Origin: Candidatus Hodarchaeaceae archaeon
Lineage (GTDB): Archaea > Hadarchaeota > Hadarchaeia > Hadarchaeales > Hadarchaeaceae
NCBI GenBank assembly: GCA_030018135.1
Contig: JASEGJ010000003.1
Span: forward strand, 7,633-71,632
DNA: 64,000 nucleotides
Reading direction: 5' to 3'
Shown piece by piece: positions 37,713 through 48,457 of this stretch (its first letter is position 1; every line of letters starts with the position of its first letter). The translations under genes and the position numbers were made by a program. The notes beneath the pieces were generated by a model, which ran no database searches, had not been told where the DNA came from, and was given only the letters and a program-made list of their open reading frames with translations.

Positions 37713-38589
37713 AGGTGTCATCATGATAGTGGTTGCTGGCCCAGCTTCAGGTGAATTAGCCGCGCGGGTCGCCAAGGCCTTGAAGTGTTCGCTCATCGAG
37801 CCAGAACTCAAACGCTTCCCGGATGGCGAGAGCTACGTGCGCATCGACCACAAGTTCGAGGGCGAACACGCCGTGGTCGTGCAATCCACCTGCCATCCGG
37901 TGAACGACAATTTCATGGAGCTATTTCTGCTCTTGGATACCACCAAGGACTTGGGCGCCAAGCGCGTGACGGCGGCAGTGCCCTATTTTGGCTACGCCCG
38001 GCAGGATAAGCGCTTCAAGCCCGGCGAGGCCATCAGCGTTCGGACCATGTGCAAGCTGATCGAGCGCGCTGGCGCGGATGATCTGCTGACGATCGATATC
38101 CATGAGGATGAAATAATGGCGAACTTCGCGATCCCCGCATACAACCTCACCGCAATGCCGCTGATCGGCCGCTACCTCGCAAACCTCGACCTTCGAGATC
38201 CGGTCGTTCTGGCGCCGGACCCCGGGGCGTTGCGCCACGCCCGTCGCGCCGCGGCCGAGTTCATGGCGGACTACGATTACCTCGAAAAGACCAGGCTGAC
38301 CTCAACCAAGGTCGCGATGCGCCCCAAGCGACTCAGCGTGTCCGGGAGGGACGTCGCGATAGTCGACGACATAATCAGCACGGGCGGCACGGTAATCGAG
38401 GCCACCAAGGTACTCAAAAAGCAGGGAGCCCGCAAGATCTACGCAGCTTGCACTCATCCGGTGCTCGTGGGCAAGGCCGCGCAAAAGATCCTGGCAGCCG
38501 GCGTGCGAGAAATCATCTCGACCGATACCATCAAGCATAAGACAAATATGATATCCGTAGCGCCAGTCATAGCAGAATCGATCCATTAG
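37713..38589 (+). CDS. prs: Ribose-phosphate pyrophosphokinase (PRPP synthetase)
   Basis: ATG at 37713 (MIVVAGPASGELA). PRPP-binding loop VAIVDDIISTGGT. The ORF-track 37441 start was rejected because it runs antisense into the neighbouring gene. Confidence 0.9.
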
Positions 38590-38597
38590 GGTTTCCC

Positions 38598-39623
38598 ATG
38601 AGGCAACTCATGTTCCTGCTCTCAGGCGAGCACCCAACTCTGCCGGTGGCGGAGGCAGCGGCTGCCATCAAGGCGGAACACCGCGCCTACAAGGTGATCG
38701 AACAGTTCGACCAAGTTTTGGTGGTGGAAACCAAGGCCAAGCCGGAAGTCCTCGCCTCGAGGCTCGCCATGTGTCGTGAGATATGTTGGCACCTCTGTAC
38801 CTCCGGCGTTGACGAGGTCTTGGAAGCGGTGGGCAGCTCCGACATCGTCGACCTCATCCCCCACGGCCGGACCTTCGCGGTGCACATAAAACGCGTGAAG
38901 CGCCACTCCTCTGAAGTCGATGTGCCCAAGCTGACCAGAGATATTGCGGAGTTGATAGCCAGCGAGGTGGAGTTCAAGGTCGACCTTGTGCAACCCGAAG
39001 TTGAGGTGTTGGGTGTACTCACGGATGGCAAGTGCATAATCGGTCTAAAGGCCACGCACGTCGACCGCACCCAGTTTACAAAGCGCCGGCCGACGATGAG
39101 GCCAGCGTTTCACCCCGGCACGCTTACGCCCCTTTTGGCGCGCTGCATGGTGAACTTGGCGCGGACCCCCAGGGGCGGTACCATGCTCGATCCGTTTTGC
39201 GGTGTCGGGGGTATCCTGATCGAAGCGGGCCTGATGGGCGCGAAGCCAATCGGCATGGATATCGACGCGGAGATGATAGAGGGCGCTCGGCGCAACCTCG
39301 AAGCCGCTGGTATAAAAGATTACCAGTTGCTCGTTGGAGATGCGCGGCATCTCCCAGTGGCGGAGGTCGACGCAGTTGCCACTGACCCGCCGTACGGACG
39401 ACAGGCCACCACCGCAGGCCTGCGGCTCGAGGAGCTTTATGGGCAGGCGTTACCTTCGATCGCAGGCGTGCTCAAACGCAGGGGGTACGTGTGCATCACC
39501 TCGCCGGCGGATCTTGAGCTCAAGGAGCTAGCCAAGGGAGCGGGCCTGAGGCTCATCGAAAGGCATGAGCAACGCGTGCATAAGAGCTTGACCCGCCGCA
39601 TCTATGTATTCAGGGGAAAGTAG
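38598..39623 (+). CDS. tRNA (guanine10-N2)-methyltransferase, THUMP + Rossmann MTase (Trm-G10/Trm11-like)
   Basis: DPPYG motif (VATDPPYGR); N-terminal THUMP-like region; 341 aa. Confidence 0.75.
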   Translation: MRQLMFLLSGEHPTLPVAEAAAAIKAEHRAYKVIEQFDQVLVVETKAKPEVLASRLAMCREICWHLCTSGVDEVLEAVGSSDIVDLIPHGRTFAVHIKRVKRHSSEVDVPKLTRDIAELIASEVEFKVDLVQPEVEVLGVLTDGKCIIGLKATHVDRTQFTKRRPTMRPAFHPGTLTPLLARCMVNLARTPRGGTMLDPFCGVGGILIEAGLMGAKPIGMDIDAEMIEGARRNLEAAGIKDYQLLVGDARHLPVAEVDAVATDPPYGRQATTAGLRLEELYGQALPSIAGVLKRRGYVCITSPADLELKELAKGAGLRLIERHEQRVHKSLTRRIYVFRGK

Positions 39624-39624
39624 G

Positions 39625-40536
39625 ATGAGGCTAATATTTTTGGGCACCGGTGGGAGCATCCCGACGCCATCACGCAGCCTGCCTGCGATCGCAGTCAAGA
39701 GAGCGAGGGAACTTTTACTTTTCGATTGTGGGGAGGGCACGCAATCTCAAATGGCCCGCGCTGGAGTGAGCCCGATGAAGGTGAAGGCCGTTTTCCTGAC
39801 CCATTTCCACGGCGACCATTTTCTCGGCTTGCCCGGCCTGGTGCAGACGATGGCATTGATGAACCGCGACGAGGAACTCGAGATTTATGGTCCGCGAGGC
39901 GCCGCCGGGCTCGTCGAGAAGTTGCTCGATCTGGGCTACTACACCCTAACGTTTCAAGTGCGGGCGCGGGATGTCAAACCGGGCGAGGAGCTGCGGCGTC
40001 AGGGCTACCGCGTTCAAACATGCGAGGTTGAGCACACGGTCGAGAGCTTGGCATACGCGATTGTCGAGGACCTCCGCCCGGGCAAATTTTACCTCGAGAA
40101 GGCCCTCGAGTTCGGAGTCAAGCCTGGGCCGGACTTCTCGCGCCTGCAAGCTGGGCAAACCGTTGAGCTGCCTGGCGGGCGAGTGATAAAACCGGAGCAG
40201 GTGATGGGACCGGCTAGGCCTGGGCGAAAGGTGGTTTACGCCGGAGATACGAGGCCCTGCGAGCGCCTAATAGAGCTTGCTCGCGACGCCGATGTGTTGA
40301 TTCACGATTGCACGCTGGCTAACGAACTCGCCGACAAGGCGGCGGAGAGCGGCCACTCGACGCCCGCCGAAGCCGCGGAGGTCGCAAGGAGGGCAGGCGT
40401 CAAGCAACTGGTGCTCGTCCACATAAGCCCGCGCTACACCGACGATGCGGAGTTGCTCAGGGAGGCGCAGCAAATATTTCCAAACGTCATCGTCGCCCGC
40501 GATCTGATGGAGTTGAATGTACAGCTGAGAGAATGA
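39625..40536 (+). CDS. rnz: Ribonuclease Z (tRNA 3' endonuclease)
   Basis: MRLIFLGTGGSIP..; HFHGDH zinc motif; 304 aa. Confidence 0.85.
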   Translation: MRLIFLGTGGSIPTPSRSLPAIAVKRARELLLFDCGEGTQSQMARAGVSPMKVKAVFLTHFHGDHFLGLPGLVQTMALMNRDEELEIYGPRGAAGLVEKLLDLGYYTLTFQVRARDVKPGEELRRQGYRVQTCEVEHTVESLAYAIVEDLRPGKFYLEKALEFGVKPGPDFSRLQAGQTVELPGGRVIKPEQVMGPARPGRKVVYAGDTRPCERLIELARDADVLIHDCTLANELADKAAESGHSTPAEAAEVARRAGVKQLVLVHISPRYTDDAELLREAQQIFPNVIVARDLMELNVQLRE

Positions 40537-40552
40537 GGGGTTAAAAAGTTTG

Positions 40553-41203
40553 TTACAGCCCCTCAAAGCGGATGCCGACGCCAGCTGTCTTGTAGCGTCG
40601 GGTGAGTTCGACGAGCAGCGCCACCATTGGTTCAACAAATCTGCTGTTGCACAGGGGCCCGCCGTCTATCGCCCGCACGCTTGGCATTTTTTCCGCCAGC
40701 TTCATGACTACCTGTTTGGCCTCTAGGTCGTCGCCGCACACGACGACATCGCAGTCGAGCGGCGTCGAGATATCCTGTATTCTTTTTGCACCTATGGTCT
40801 GAAATCCCGACACCACCCTCACACCCTTCGGTACCAGCCTCGCCAGCTCCTCGGTGGCGGAACCCGCCCTTGGCTGCTCAACCACGATCACGCCCCGCCG
40901 AAGCTCGATGGGGACGACGACGTTGACGAGGATCTTGCCCGGGCTCAAAGCCGGCTTTATATCCTCGATGATCCTCTTCATTGCTTTAAACGGCACGCTT
41001 AAAACCACGATGTCAGCAGCGCGCGCGGCCTCGAGATTTGTCGCCCCGCGTACCGATTTGCCGGTACGCTCGCTCACTTGGCTTGCTACGAGTTCGGCCT
41101 TCTCACGCTGGCGGGAGCCTATGATAACGTTCTCGCCGGCCAACGCCAGACGCGCCACCAATCCGCGGCCTTGTGCGCCAGTTCCACCTATGACCGCTAT
41201 CAC
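40553..41203 (-). CDS. NADPH-dependent F420 reductase-like oxidoreductase (NpdG/Fno family Rossmann protein)
   Basis: MIAVIGGTGAQGRGLVARL dinucleotide fold; ~216 aa family size. Confidence 0.6.
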   Translation of the reverse strand: MIAVIGGTGAQGRGLVARLALAGENVIIGSRQREKAELVASQVSERTGKSVRGATNLEAARAADIVVLSVPFKAMKRIIEDIKPALSPGKILVNVVVPIELRRGVIVVEQPRAGSATEELARLVPKGVRVVSGFQTIGAKRIQDISTPLDCDVVVCGDDLEAKQVVMKLAEKMPSVRAIDGGPLCNSRFVEPMVALLVELTRRYKTAGVGIRFEGL

Positions 41204-41212
41204 GCCATCGCC

Positions 41213-41625
41213 TCAGTATTTGATCTCCTCGATCGGCTTACCGTTTACGGTGCGTGGGGCGAGGTAGTCTATCAGATGCTCCGCATCGGGAGCTTCGAGC
41301 GTAACCATGATAGGGCCGAGCGGCGACTCCCCGTTTGTGAAGCTTACCCTCCCAACCGCGGCAACTTGTTTATTCAGCATGAATCGCACGATGTTTTCCC
41401 GCATGCCGCCGCGCATGACCCTTCGCGCGGAGTCGAGGATGGCCTGCAACCTCAACAGCTGATGCAGCCTATCCAGGGCTTCTACCTGCGTTGACTCGCC
41501 CATGAGCAGGTTTCCCGCGAGGTTCAGCCGGAGCGTTGGGAAGATGTTTTTTACGGCCGCCTCCACCTTTTTAGGATCCTCGGTCGGTTTAACTTCGGCC
41601 TCGACGCGCAGCCTTAACAAGCTTT
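41213..41625 (-). CDS. UPF0201 (DUF54) family protein
   Basis: LRVEAEVKPTEDPKKVEAAVKNIFP N-terminal signature. Start uncertain (GTG/TTG); the ORF-track Met overlaps the upstream kinase. Confidence 0.45.
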
Positions 41626-42188
41626 TCACCAGCCACGATCTTTTTAAGGATTTTATCCGCCTTTTCGTGGAGTTCGGCAAGCGTGCCCTCGTTGACGATG
41701 ATTGAATCGGCCAGCGCGAACGCATCGCCCAGCCCCCAGCTGAGTTCGCGCGCGTCCTTTTGGCGAAAAGTTTTCATGCCGGCGATGTCATCCGCCCTAC
41801 CTCGGGCCACGACCCTCGAGTAGCGCGTGGGCTCGCTCGCCCAAATCGCTAGGAGATGAAAACGGTCGCCGAAGGCGCGGCGGAACTCCTCGACCTCGGC
41901 AATGCCCCTGATGCCATCGACTATTACGGCCTGCTTGCCCCTGCCCCTCCGCTCGATCAGTGGCACGCAGCGATTGGCGATCGTCCCGAGCCCCTCCCGC
42001 TGCCTGAGCTCGTTCGCCACAGCTCCGACGTTCGCCTCGTTCAGCTCCAGCCCGCGGCGCTTGACCTCCGCCCAAACGACATCGCCCATCCGTACGTAGG
42101 GCATATCCAGCTTCATGGCCACCCCAGCGACCTCGGTCTTGCCGGATCCCTGCAGGCCGACGATGCCTATGACCTTAAAATCGCTCAT
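41589..42188 (-). CDS. UPF0200-like P-loop kinase (dephospho-CoA kinase / adenylate kinase-like)
   Basis: Walker A GLQGSGKT; 199 aa. Confidence 0.5.
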   Translation of the reverse strand: MSDFKVIGIVGLQGSGKTEVAGVAMKLDMPYVRMGDVVWAEVKRRGLELNEANVGAVANELRQREGLGTIANRCVPLIERRGRGKQAVIVDGIRGIAEVEEFRRAFGDRFHLLAIWASEPTRYSRVVARGRADDIAGMKTFRQKDARELSWGLGDAFALADSIIVNEGTLAELHEKADKILKKIVAGEKLVKAARRGRS

Positions 42189-42439
42189 AACTCGACCACG
42201 ATCAGCGTCGTGGTGTTCGTGACGCCGGGTATGCCTCGGATATCACCAAAAACAGCTTTCGTCAACTTCTCAAGGGAGTCCACTTCTATGCGGGCGACGA
42301 TCTCATACGGACCAGCGACGCATTCAGCCTTCTTGACGCCTTCGATGGTTTTCACCTTGCGAAAAACATCTGCGGTTTTACCCGACTCCGCGGAAATTAG
42401 GCTATAGGCATTTACCATATACCCACCTCTTTTTACCAC
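42185..42439 (-). CDS. Stand-alone Lrp/AsnC ligand-binding (RAM) domain protein
   Basis: 84 aa, ferredoxin-like fold pattern ..GPYEIVARIEV.. Confidence 0.6.
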   Translation of the reverse strand: MVKRGGYMVNAYSLISAESGKTADVFRKVKTIEGVKKAECVAGPYEIVARIEVDSLEKLTKAVFGDIRGIPGVTNTTTLIVVEL

Positions 42440-42483
42440 TATGTTGAACTGCTTTAAAACTTCAGCGTCAAGGATATCGATGG

Positions 42484-42906
42484 GTGCGCTGGGTGAAGCT
42501 CAGGACATCGCGCGAGCACCTCAGGCAAATCGGGGCGGATGCTAAGGCTAGAGCGCCGATCGAGGCATGTGGCGTTTTGGTGGGCGTCCGCAGAAAGGGG
42601 GGATTCGAGGTTTTGGAAGTCCTTCCCGCCCCCAACGAGTTGAGTTCGCCGACCCGCTTCGAGATAAATCCCGAGCGCCTCTACGAGTTCATCAAGGGCG
42701 CTGAGGGCAAAGGCTTGGAGGTCATAGGGTTTTATCATTCCCACCTAGGTTATGGCGCAGGGCCGTCAGCAACAGATCTTGAGCACTTGAAATTTCTTCC
42801 GAACTTGGTGTGGTTGATATGTGATGTTTCCACAGCTGGCGCTGAGTTCAGAGCTTTTGTCATGCGATCAGGTGCGTTGGTGGAGCTTGAGGTCGTGGTG
42901 GCTTGA
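42484..42906 (+). CDS. JAMM/MPN+ metalloprotease (deubiquitinase/desampylase-like)
   Basis: E..HSHLGYGAGPSATD JAMM motif; 140 aa. Confidence 0.75.
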   Translation: MRWVKLRTSREHLRQIGADAKARAPIEACGVLVGVRRKGGFEVLEVLPAPNELSSPTRFEINPERLYEFIKGAEGKGLEVIGFYHSHLGYGAGPSATDLEHLKFLPNLVWLICDVSTAGAEFRAFVMRSGALVELEVVVA

Positions 42907-43505
42907 CTCTAGTTTATTACAGGGGAAAAGGCTTCGAGGTCAGGCCAAGCGTTTACGAGCCCGCCGAGGACACATTTCTCCTCGCGGATAACCTCGATGT
43001 GTATCCGGGTGAAAAAGTTTTAGAGCTCGGGACTGGTTGTGGCTTGTTGGCAATTCTAGCGGCGGAAGCCGGGGGCCGCGTGGTTGCGACAGATATAAAC
43101 CCAATCGCGCTTGAGTGCGCCCGCACAAACGCGGTAGCGCACGAGGTCCTCGACCTCGTAGATTTTCGATTTGGCGACCTCTTCGAGCCGGTCGTCGATG
43201 AACGCTTTGATTTAGTGATCTTTAATCCGCCATATTTACCCGTTCAGCCTGAGGAAGTGCTTGGTACCATGCTCGATCGCGCGTGGGGGGCGGGACCAGA
43301 AGGTAGAGAGGTTATCGATCGGTTTTTGAGCAGGTTGCCAAACCATTTGGTAAGCAAAGGCCGGGCGTTATTTGTGCAGTCGTCTTTGTCAAATGCTGCC
43401 AAAACGCTCCGCGCCCTCCAAGCTCGCGGTTTTCAGGTCGATGTCATTGGCAAGAAGTTGCCATTTGAGGAGCTGTTCTTGTTTAAGGCAAAGCTCATGT
43501 TTTAG
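42903..43505 (+). CDS. HemK/PrmC-like protein N5-glutamine methyltransferase (MTQ2-like)
   Basis: NPPY motif (VIFNPPYLP); SAM-binding LELGTGCG. Confidence 0.75.
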   Translation: MTLVYYRGKGFEVRPSVYEPAEDTFLLADNLDVYPGEKVLELGTGCGLLAILAAEAGGRVVATDINPIALECARTNAVAHEVLDLVDFRFGDLFEPVVDERFDLVIFNPPYLPVQPEEVLGTMLDRAWGAGPEGREVIDRFLSRLPNHLVSKGRALFVQSSLSNAAKTLRALQARGFQVDVIGKKLPFEELFLFKAKLMF

Positions 43506-43596
43506 GCTGGGGACAAACAAGCAAAATATCATGCGAAACTTGGATTAGGTAAGATTTTTAGCCTCGCAGTAGCAAGTCGAGCAAGCTGGTGCTAAC

Positions 43597-43704
43597 ATGG
43601 GGAAAAGGCCTCGCAAGTGGAAGAAGAAGGGAAGGATGCGTTGGAAGTGGGTCAAGAAGCGCATGCGCAGGAAAAAGCGCAGACTGAAGCAGAGAAAGGC
43701 TTAG
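43597..43704 (+). CDS. rpl41e: 50S ribosomal protein L41e (eL41), 35 aa; absent from the ORF track
   Basis: [35 protein letters not shown], the canonical archaeal/eukaryotic L41e pattern ([18 protein letters not shown]). TATA-like gattttta about 30 nt upstream. Confidence 0.7.
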   Translation: MGKRPRKWKKKGRMRWKWVKKRMRRKKRRLKQRKA

Positions 43705-43838
43705 TTTCTTTAGATTTAAAAGGTCAAAATCGAGCGGTGCCCATTCAAGGCAAAGATTTTTATATTGGATGGATAATCCATCCAAGAGGAGGTTATAGCA
43801 TATTCGCAAAGTTATTCCGCGGCGGTGTCCCAGAAGAG

Positions 43839-44450
43839 GTGCTATCCAAAAGGATCAAGATATTCGTCCTTCTTGGGTTCACATTTATAGCGATAAACAA
43901 ATTCACGTTAAGCCGATTTAGCCCCCTCCCAAATCTTGAGATGATAATTCCGACCATCTGCGTCATGGGCTGCTTTCCGCTCTATTGCGGCGGGGGCAAG
44001 TTCTGGGGTCTTTTGATGAGATATTTTGGGGTAGTGGCATTGGTCAGCGTGTTCTTGGCGGATTTGTGGGTCTGGGGTTTCCGCTCGATATATGCCTTTA
44101 CCTGGTCGGGGTTCGTAATTTGCTGGTTTTTCGCCGCGCGCAGGAAGCTCTTCATGTTCGGTAGATTCAAACACCTGCTCTGGCACTCGATGCTGACAAC
44201 CGCGGTCGCCATCATAATGTTTGATATCTACACCTGTTTTGGTTGGGCATTTCTGACGGGGGCTAGGACCCTTGCAGGGCTAACGGCAGTTTTCCTCGCC
44301 CAAATACCCTTCACTCTGTACCATCTCTCCTCCCTGACGTTCGTTCCGCCTTTAGTCGGGTTGGCTAAGTTGTTGATCAGGGTTAGAGTTCCAGTTCCAG
44401 CGGCAGTTCCCATGGCGATGAAAATTCGGACCGCTCAGGGAAGGGGGTGA
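43839..44450 (+). CDS. Polytopic membrane protein of unknown function (start uncertain)
   Basis: The ORF-track frame 43617-44450 overlaps rpl41e in another frame; start tentatively placed at the in-frame GTG 43839 just before the first TM helix. Confidence 0.35.
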   Translation: MLSKRIKIFVLLGFTFIAINKFTLSRFSPLPNLEMIIPTICVMGCFPLYCGGGKFWGLLMRYFGVVALVSVFLADLWVWGFRSIYAFTWSGFVICWFFAARRKLFMFGRFKHLLWHSMLTTAVAIIMFDIYTCFGWAFLTGARTLAGLTAVFLAQIPFTLYHLSSLTFVPPLVGLAKLLIRVRVPVPAAVPMAMKIRTAQGRG

Positions 44451-44456
44451 ATTGAA

Positions 44457-44870
44457 TTGGGCATCAAAGTCTTAGCCTTTGGCATCCTATCGGCGGCGAT
44501 ATTGGCAGGGGCGATGTTCCAAATTGGCAGCATGTATGGCTCTAAGGGAACGGAAACGGTTGGCAGCGTGTCCATCCGCGTCATCGTGGTGCAACCAGGA
44601 GAGAACCAATTGTTAAAAAATGAAAACGTGAGGATCTCGACAGGAACCACGGTTTTCGAGGTGCTGGACCGAGTTGCGGATGTGGGTTATAAAAAATACC
44701 CAGGGGTGGGCAAATTTGTGATCTCCATCGACAACGTGGAGCAAACCCCCGACAAATGGTGGCTCTACCAGGTGAACGGGGTCTACCCAAATATCGCGTC
44801 GGATAGGTATGCCGTGATGGACGGGGACAACATCCTCTGGGAGTTCACCTCGGAATGGCCCACCTTCTGA
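44457..44870 (+). CDS. Secreted DUF4430-like (ubiquitin-like beta-grasp) protein
   Basis: N-terminal signal/TM region; TTVFEVLDRV...WLYQVNG...MDGDNILWEF pattern. Confidence 0.5.
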   Translation: MGIKVLAFGILSAAILAGAMFQIGSMYGSKGTETVGSVSIRVIVVQPGENQLLKNENVRISTGTTVFEVLDRVADVGYKKYPGVGKFVISIDNVEQTPDKWWLYQVNGVYPNIASDRYAVMDGDNILWEFTSEWPTF

Positions 44871-44890
44871 CGATTTTCAGACGGGCCCCG

Positions 44891-45451
44891 TTACGAAAGC
44901 CTTCTTGCCGCGGCCCTCGCCCCAGCCTCGGCTTTTGCTACATCTCCCCCTGTCCCGATTATGATGACGTCTCCTTCGCGAGGCTTAAAAATCTTCTTCA
45001 ACTCGGAGCTGATTTCCTTGTTGACTTCTAGAAAGCCGTCCGGGAACTGAAGTTTGCCCGCCCTGAAGACGAGCACGGTAGCTCCATCGGCACCAGCTTT
45101 AATCGCCTCATCGCGTTGCTCCACGCCCCGCCTAACCTTTGCTGCAGCATTTCTGACGATTATCGCGACATCGACCTCGCCGACCGTTAAATCTCCAGCA
45201 TCGATTTGCGCGCATTTGAACGCCTTTCCGAGTTCGCGCCTGCCCTTCTCAGTTATCGAGTGACCGCCCCTGCCCGAAGTTATTAGCCCACGTTTTTTCA
45301 GGCGGTTTAGGATCGTGCGCATACTGCCCTCGCCTATGCCAAGTTTCCCCGCCAATCTCTTGCGCCCCAGCGCCTTTTGCTCGGCGATGAGTTCTAGCGC
45401 CATGCGAACTTGGACCTCGGCGAAGTGCGGCATTGGCCCTGTGGCGGGCAA
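44891..45451 (-). CDS. Winged-HTH transcriptional regulator with C-terminal ligand-binding-like domain (DUF4443-like), last gene of the arg operon
   Basis: HTH LAGKLGIGEGSMRTILNRLKKRGLI; starts 2 nt after the argF stop. Confidence 0.5.
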   Translation of the reverse strand: MPATGPMPHFAEVQVRMALELIAEQKALGRKRLAGKLGIGEGSMRTILNRLKKRGLITSGRGGHSITEKGRRELGKAFKCAQIDAGDLTVGEVDVAIIVRNAAAKVRRGVEQRDEAIKAGADGATVLVFRAGKLQFPDGFLEVNKEISSELKKIFKPREGDVIIIGTGGDVAKAEAGARAAARRLS

Positions 45452-45452
45452 G

Positions 45453-46376
45453 CTACATCACCACGCAGAGGATTGCTTTCTGGGAATGCAGCCTGTTCTC
45501 AGCTTGGTCGAAGACGACCGAGTGAGGCCCGTCTATTACCTCAGCGGTAACCTCTTCTCCGCGATGGGCGGGTAGGCAATGCATGAAGATTACGTCCTCC
45601 TTCGCATGTTTCAGAAGGCCGGCGTTAACTTGGTAGCCCTTGAAGTCCTTCATCCTCCTCTCTCGCTCCGCCTCGTGGCCCATCGAGACGAACACATCGG
45701 TGTAAATTACATCCGCCCCCTTGACCGCTTTTTTTGGGTCGTTGAGGATTTCGAGCTTAACCCCGCTGCGCTTGGCATTCTTCTGCGCCTGTTCCACTAT
45801 TTCGGCGTTCGGTTCATATCCCTTCGGGCACGCGACTGAAATGTTCATGCCGACGAGCGTACACGCGAGCAGCAGCGAGTTGCACACGTTGTTGCCGTCT
45901 CCGACCCAAGCTAGCTTCAGGCCCTCCAGCCCGCCCTTCTTTTCCCTGATCGTCTGGAGGTCCGCGAGCGTCTGGCAGGGGTGGAGCAGCTCGGTGAGGC
46001 CATTTATCACCGGCACGCTCGAATTTCGCGCCAGCTCGACAACATCCTCATGCTTGAATAACCTAGCCATCACCGCATCGACGTAGCGTGAAAGCGTTCT
46101 GGCCGTGTCGGCGATGGTTTCTCCTCGCCCAAGTTGAAGGTCGCCGGTGCCCAAGTAAATCGCGTGCCCACCCAGCTGGGTCATCGCGGCCTCGAAGCTG
46201 ACACGTGTCCTCGTTGATGGCTTGGCGAATATCATACCAAGCGTCTTGCCGTGGAGCACCTCATGGGGTTCGCCCCTGCGCAGCTTCTGCTTGAGTTCGT
46301 CCGCCTTGTCGAGCAGAGCAATGATCTCCTCAGGGCTTAAATCCTGAGGCGACAGGAGATGTCTTCCCTTCAGCAT
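45453..46376 (-). CDS. argF: Ornithine carbamoyltransferase
   Basis: STRTR and HCLP motifs. Confidence 0.9.
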   Translation of the reverse strand: MLKGRHLLSPQDLSPEEIIALLDKADELKQKLRRGEPHEVLHGKTLGMIFAKPSTRTRVSFEAAMTQLGGHAIYLGTGDLQLGRGETIADTARTLSRYVDAVMARLFKHEDVVELARNSSVPVINGLTELLHPCQTLADLQTIREKKGGLEGLKLAWVGDGNNVCNSLLLACTLVGMNISVACPKGYEPNAEIVEQAQKNAKRSGVKLEILNDPKKAVKGADVIYTDVFVSMGHEAERERRMKDFKGYQVNAGLLKHAKEDVIFMHCLPAHRGEEVTAEVIDGPHSVVFDQAENRLHSQKAILCVVM

Positions 46377-47560
46377 TTCCCCACCTCCGTCAGGATTTGG
46401 TCGAGCTCCTTAATTAGGCGATCTACGTGTTTGCGTTCGACTATGAGGGGCGGCACGAACCTTAGAACTTTGTCAGCCGTGCAGTTTATCAATAAACCCC
46501 TCTCCCTTGCCTTTGCCACCGCCGCATCTGCGATCTGCTTACTTGAAAGTTCCATCCCGAGCATGAGCCCAAGCCCTCGAACGTCGAGCACGCAGTCATG
46601 TTTGTCCTTTAACTCGAGCAAGCGCTTCTTGAAATATTTGCCGATCCTCGCGACGCGCTTGGGGAGCTTCAGCCGCAGCATGGTCTTGATCACCGCCTTC
46701 GAAGCCTCGCATGCGAGGGGGTTGCCGCCAAAGGTTGAGGCGTGATCGCCCGGGGAGAATGAAGCCATAACGTCGCCCTTGGCGCCGAAGCAACCTATCG
46801 GGAAGCCCCCTCCGAGAGCCTTTGCCATCGTTACAATATCGGGAGTTACCCCCCAATTCTGGCAGGCGAACCATCGCCCTGTTCGTCCCATGCCCGTCTG
46901 GATCTCGTCGCAGATCAGGAGGATGCCCCGCTCATCACAGAGCTTTCTGAGCCCGGGCAGGAAATCGTCGGAGGCAACGTTTATCCCCCCTTCCCCTTGG
47001 ACGGGCTCGACGATCACCGCGGCGGTTTGATCGGTCGTCGCCTTCTCCACGGCCGCAAGGTCGTTGAACGGCACGAAATCGAAGACCTTGGGGATCAGCG
47101 CCGCATAGGGCTCACGATAGGAGGCGTGCCAAGTTGCCCCTACTGTAGATGCCGTCCTGCCGTGGAACGAGCCTTCCATGGCTATGATGCGTTGGCGCTT
47201 CGTGTGTTTGACCGCGAGCTTGAAGGAGCCCTCGACGGCCTCAGCGCCGGAATTGCAGAAGAAGAACTTGTCTATACCCTGAGGAGCGACTTGAGCGAGC
47301 AGTCCAGCTAGTTCAGCCTGCGGTTGGATGTAGTAGAGGTTTGAAACGTGCATCAGTTTCTTAGCCTGCGTAGAAATCGCTTTTATGATTGCCGGATGGC
47401 AATGACCCAGAGCACAAACCGCTATTCCACCGACGAAGTCGAGGTATTTCTTTCCCTCGATGTCGCGGACGAACATTCCCTTGCCTTCGACGAGGCAAAG
47501 GGGCTGGCGTCTGTAGGTCTGGGCGACGTAGCGCCCGTCTAACTCTTGAATGCGATGCAT
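46370..47560 (-). CDS. argD: Acetylornithine aminotransferase (class III PLP)
   Basis: 396 aa class-III aminotransferase in arg operon context. Confidence 0.9.
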   Translation of the reverse strand: MHRIQELDGRYVAQTYRRQPLCLVEGKGMFVRDIEGKKYLDFVGGIAVCALGHCHPAIIKAISTQAKKLMHVSNLYYIQPQAELAGLLAQVAPQGIDKFFFCNSGAEAVEGSFKLAVKHTKRQRIIAMEGSFHGRTASTVGATWHASYREPYAALIPKVFDFVPFNDLAAVEKATTDQTAAVIVEPVQGEGGINVASDDFLPGLRKLCDERGILLICDEIQTGMGRTGRWFACQNWGVTPDIVTMAKALGGGFPIGCFGAKGDVMASFSPGDHASTFGGNPLACEASKAVIKTMLRLKLPKRVARIGKYFKKRLLELKDKHDCVLDVRGLGLMLGMELSSKQIADAAVAKARERGLLINCTADKVLRFVPPLIVERKHVDRLIKELDQILTEVGKC

Positions 47561-48457
47561 TCATTGCCCTCGTTCGATCATCGTACCTATACCGCTCTCA
47601 GTCAAGATCTCGAGCAAGAGGACATGAGGCATGGTGCCTTTGAGAATGTGGCACCGCTCGACGCCGCTCTGTATGGCCTTCAGACAAGCATCGACCTTGG
47701 GTATCATACCCTTCTTGATCACCCCATCCTGTATGAGCTTCCGCGCCTCGTCAACTGTCAACACCGAAATTAAGGTTTTTTCATCGTTTGGGTCTCGCAT
47801 AACCCCAACGACATCCGTGAGCAGGATGAGCTTTTTTGCATGCATGGCCCCGGCGAGTTCGGCGGCGGTGATGTCGGCGTTTATGTTTAAACTGTGACCT
47901 TCGGCATCCACACCGATTGGCGTGATCACCGGGATGCAGCCCCCTTTGATCAAGTTATGGATGATGGTCGGGTCGATCTTTTCCACCTCTCCGACGAGCC
48001 CGAGGTCGACTTCAACTTCCTTTCCCTTGCTTGTGGTCATCTTGTGGATGAGCTTGCGCGCGCGGATGAGGTTCCCATCCATCCCGGAGATCCCGAAGGC
48101 TTTTCCCCCGTGGTGGTTGATCCCGAGGACTATCTGCTTGTTGATCTTCCCGGCGAGCTGTTCGTGCAGGATCTCCATCGTCCTCTCATCGGTGACGCGA
48201 AGCCCCTCGATGAACTTAGGCTTGATCCCCAGCTTGCGCATTTCCTCGCTTATCTCCGGGCCGCCTCCGTGGACCACCACTATCTTCATCCCAAAGAGGT
48301 TGAGGAGGACTACATCTTGGAGGAGGGTATCGAGCATCTTTTCGCCCCCTAGCACGCTGCCGCCGATTTTGATGACGATGATTTTGCCGTGAAAGCGCTG
48401 AATGTAGGGTAGTGCCTCGAGCAATACCGACGCGCGATCTTGCATCTTTATCTCCAC
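47561..48457 (-). CDS. argB: Acetylglutamate kinase
   Basis: KIGGSVL amino-acid kinase motif; 298 aa. Confidence 0.9.
   Translation of the reverse strand: MEIKMQDRASVLLEALPYIQRFHGKIIVIKIGGSVLGGEKMLDTLLQDVVLLNLFGMKIVVVHGGGPEISEEMRKLGIKPKFIEGLRVTDERTMEILHEQLAGKINKQIVLGINHHGGKAFGISGMDGNLIRARKLIHKMTTSKGKEVEVDLGLVGEVEKIDPTIIHNLIKGGCIPVITPIGVDAEGHSLNINADITAAELAGAMHAKKLILLTDVVGVMRDPNDEKTLISVLTVDEARKLIQDGVIKKGMIPKVDACLKAIQSGVERCHILKGTMPHVLLLEILTESGIGTMIERGQ

Noticed and set aside
43617-43838. N-terminal 74 codons of the 277-aa membrane-protein ORF ([11 protein letters not shown]...)
   Set aside because: This stretch is the alternative frame of the highly conserved L41e gene and looks like Glu/Lys-rich out-of-frame sequence.
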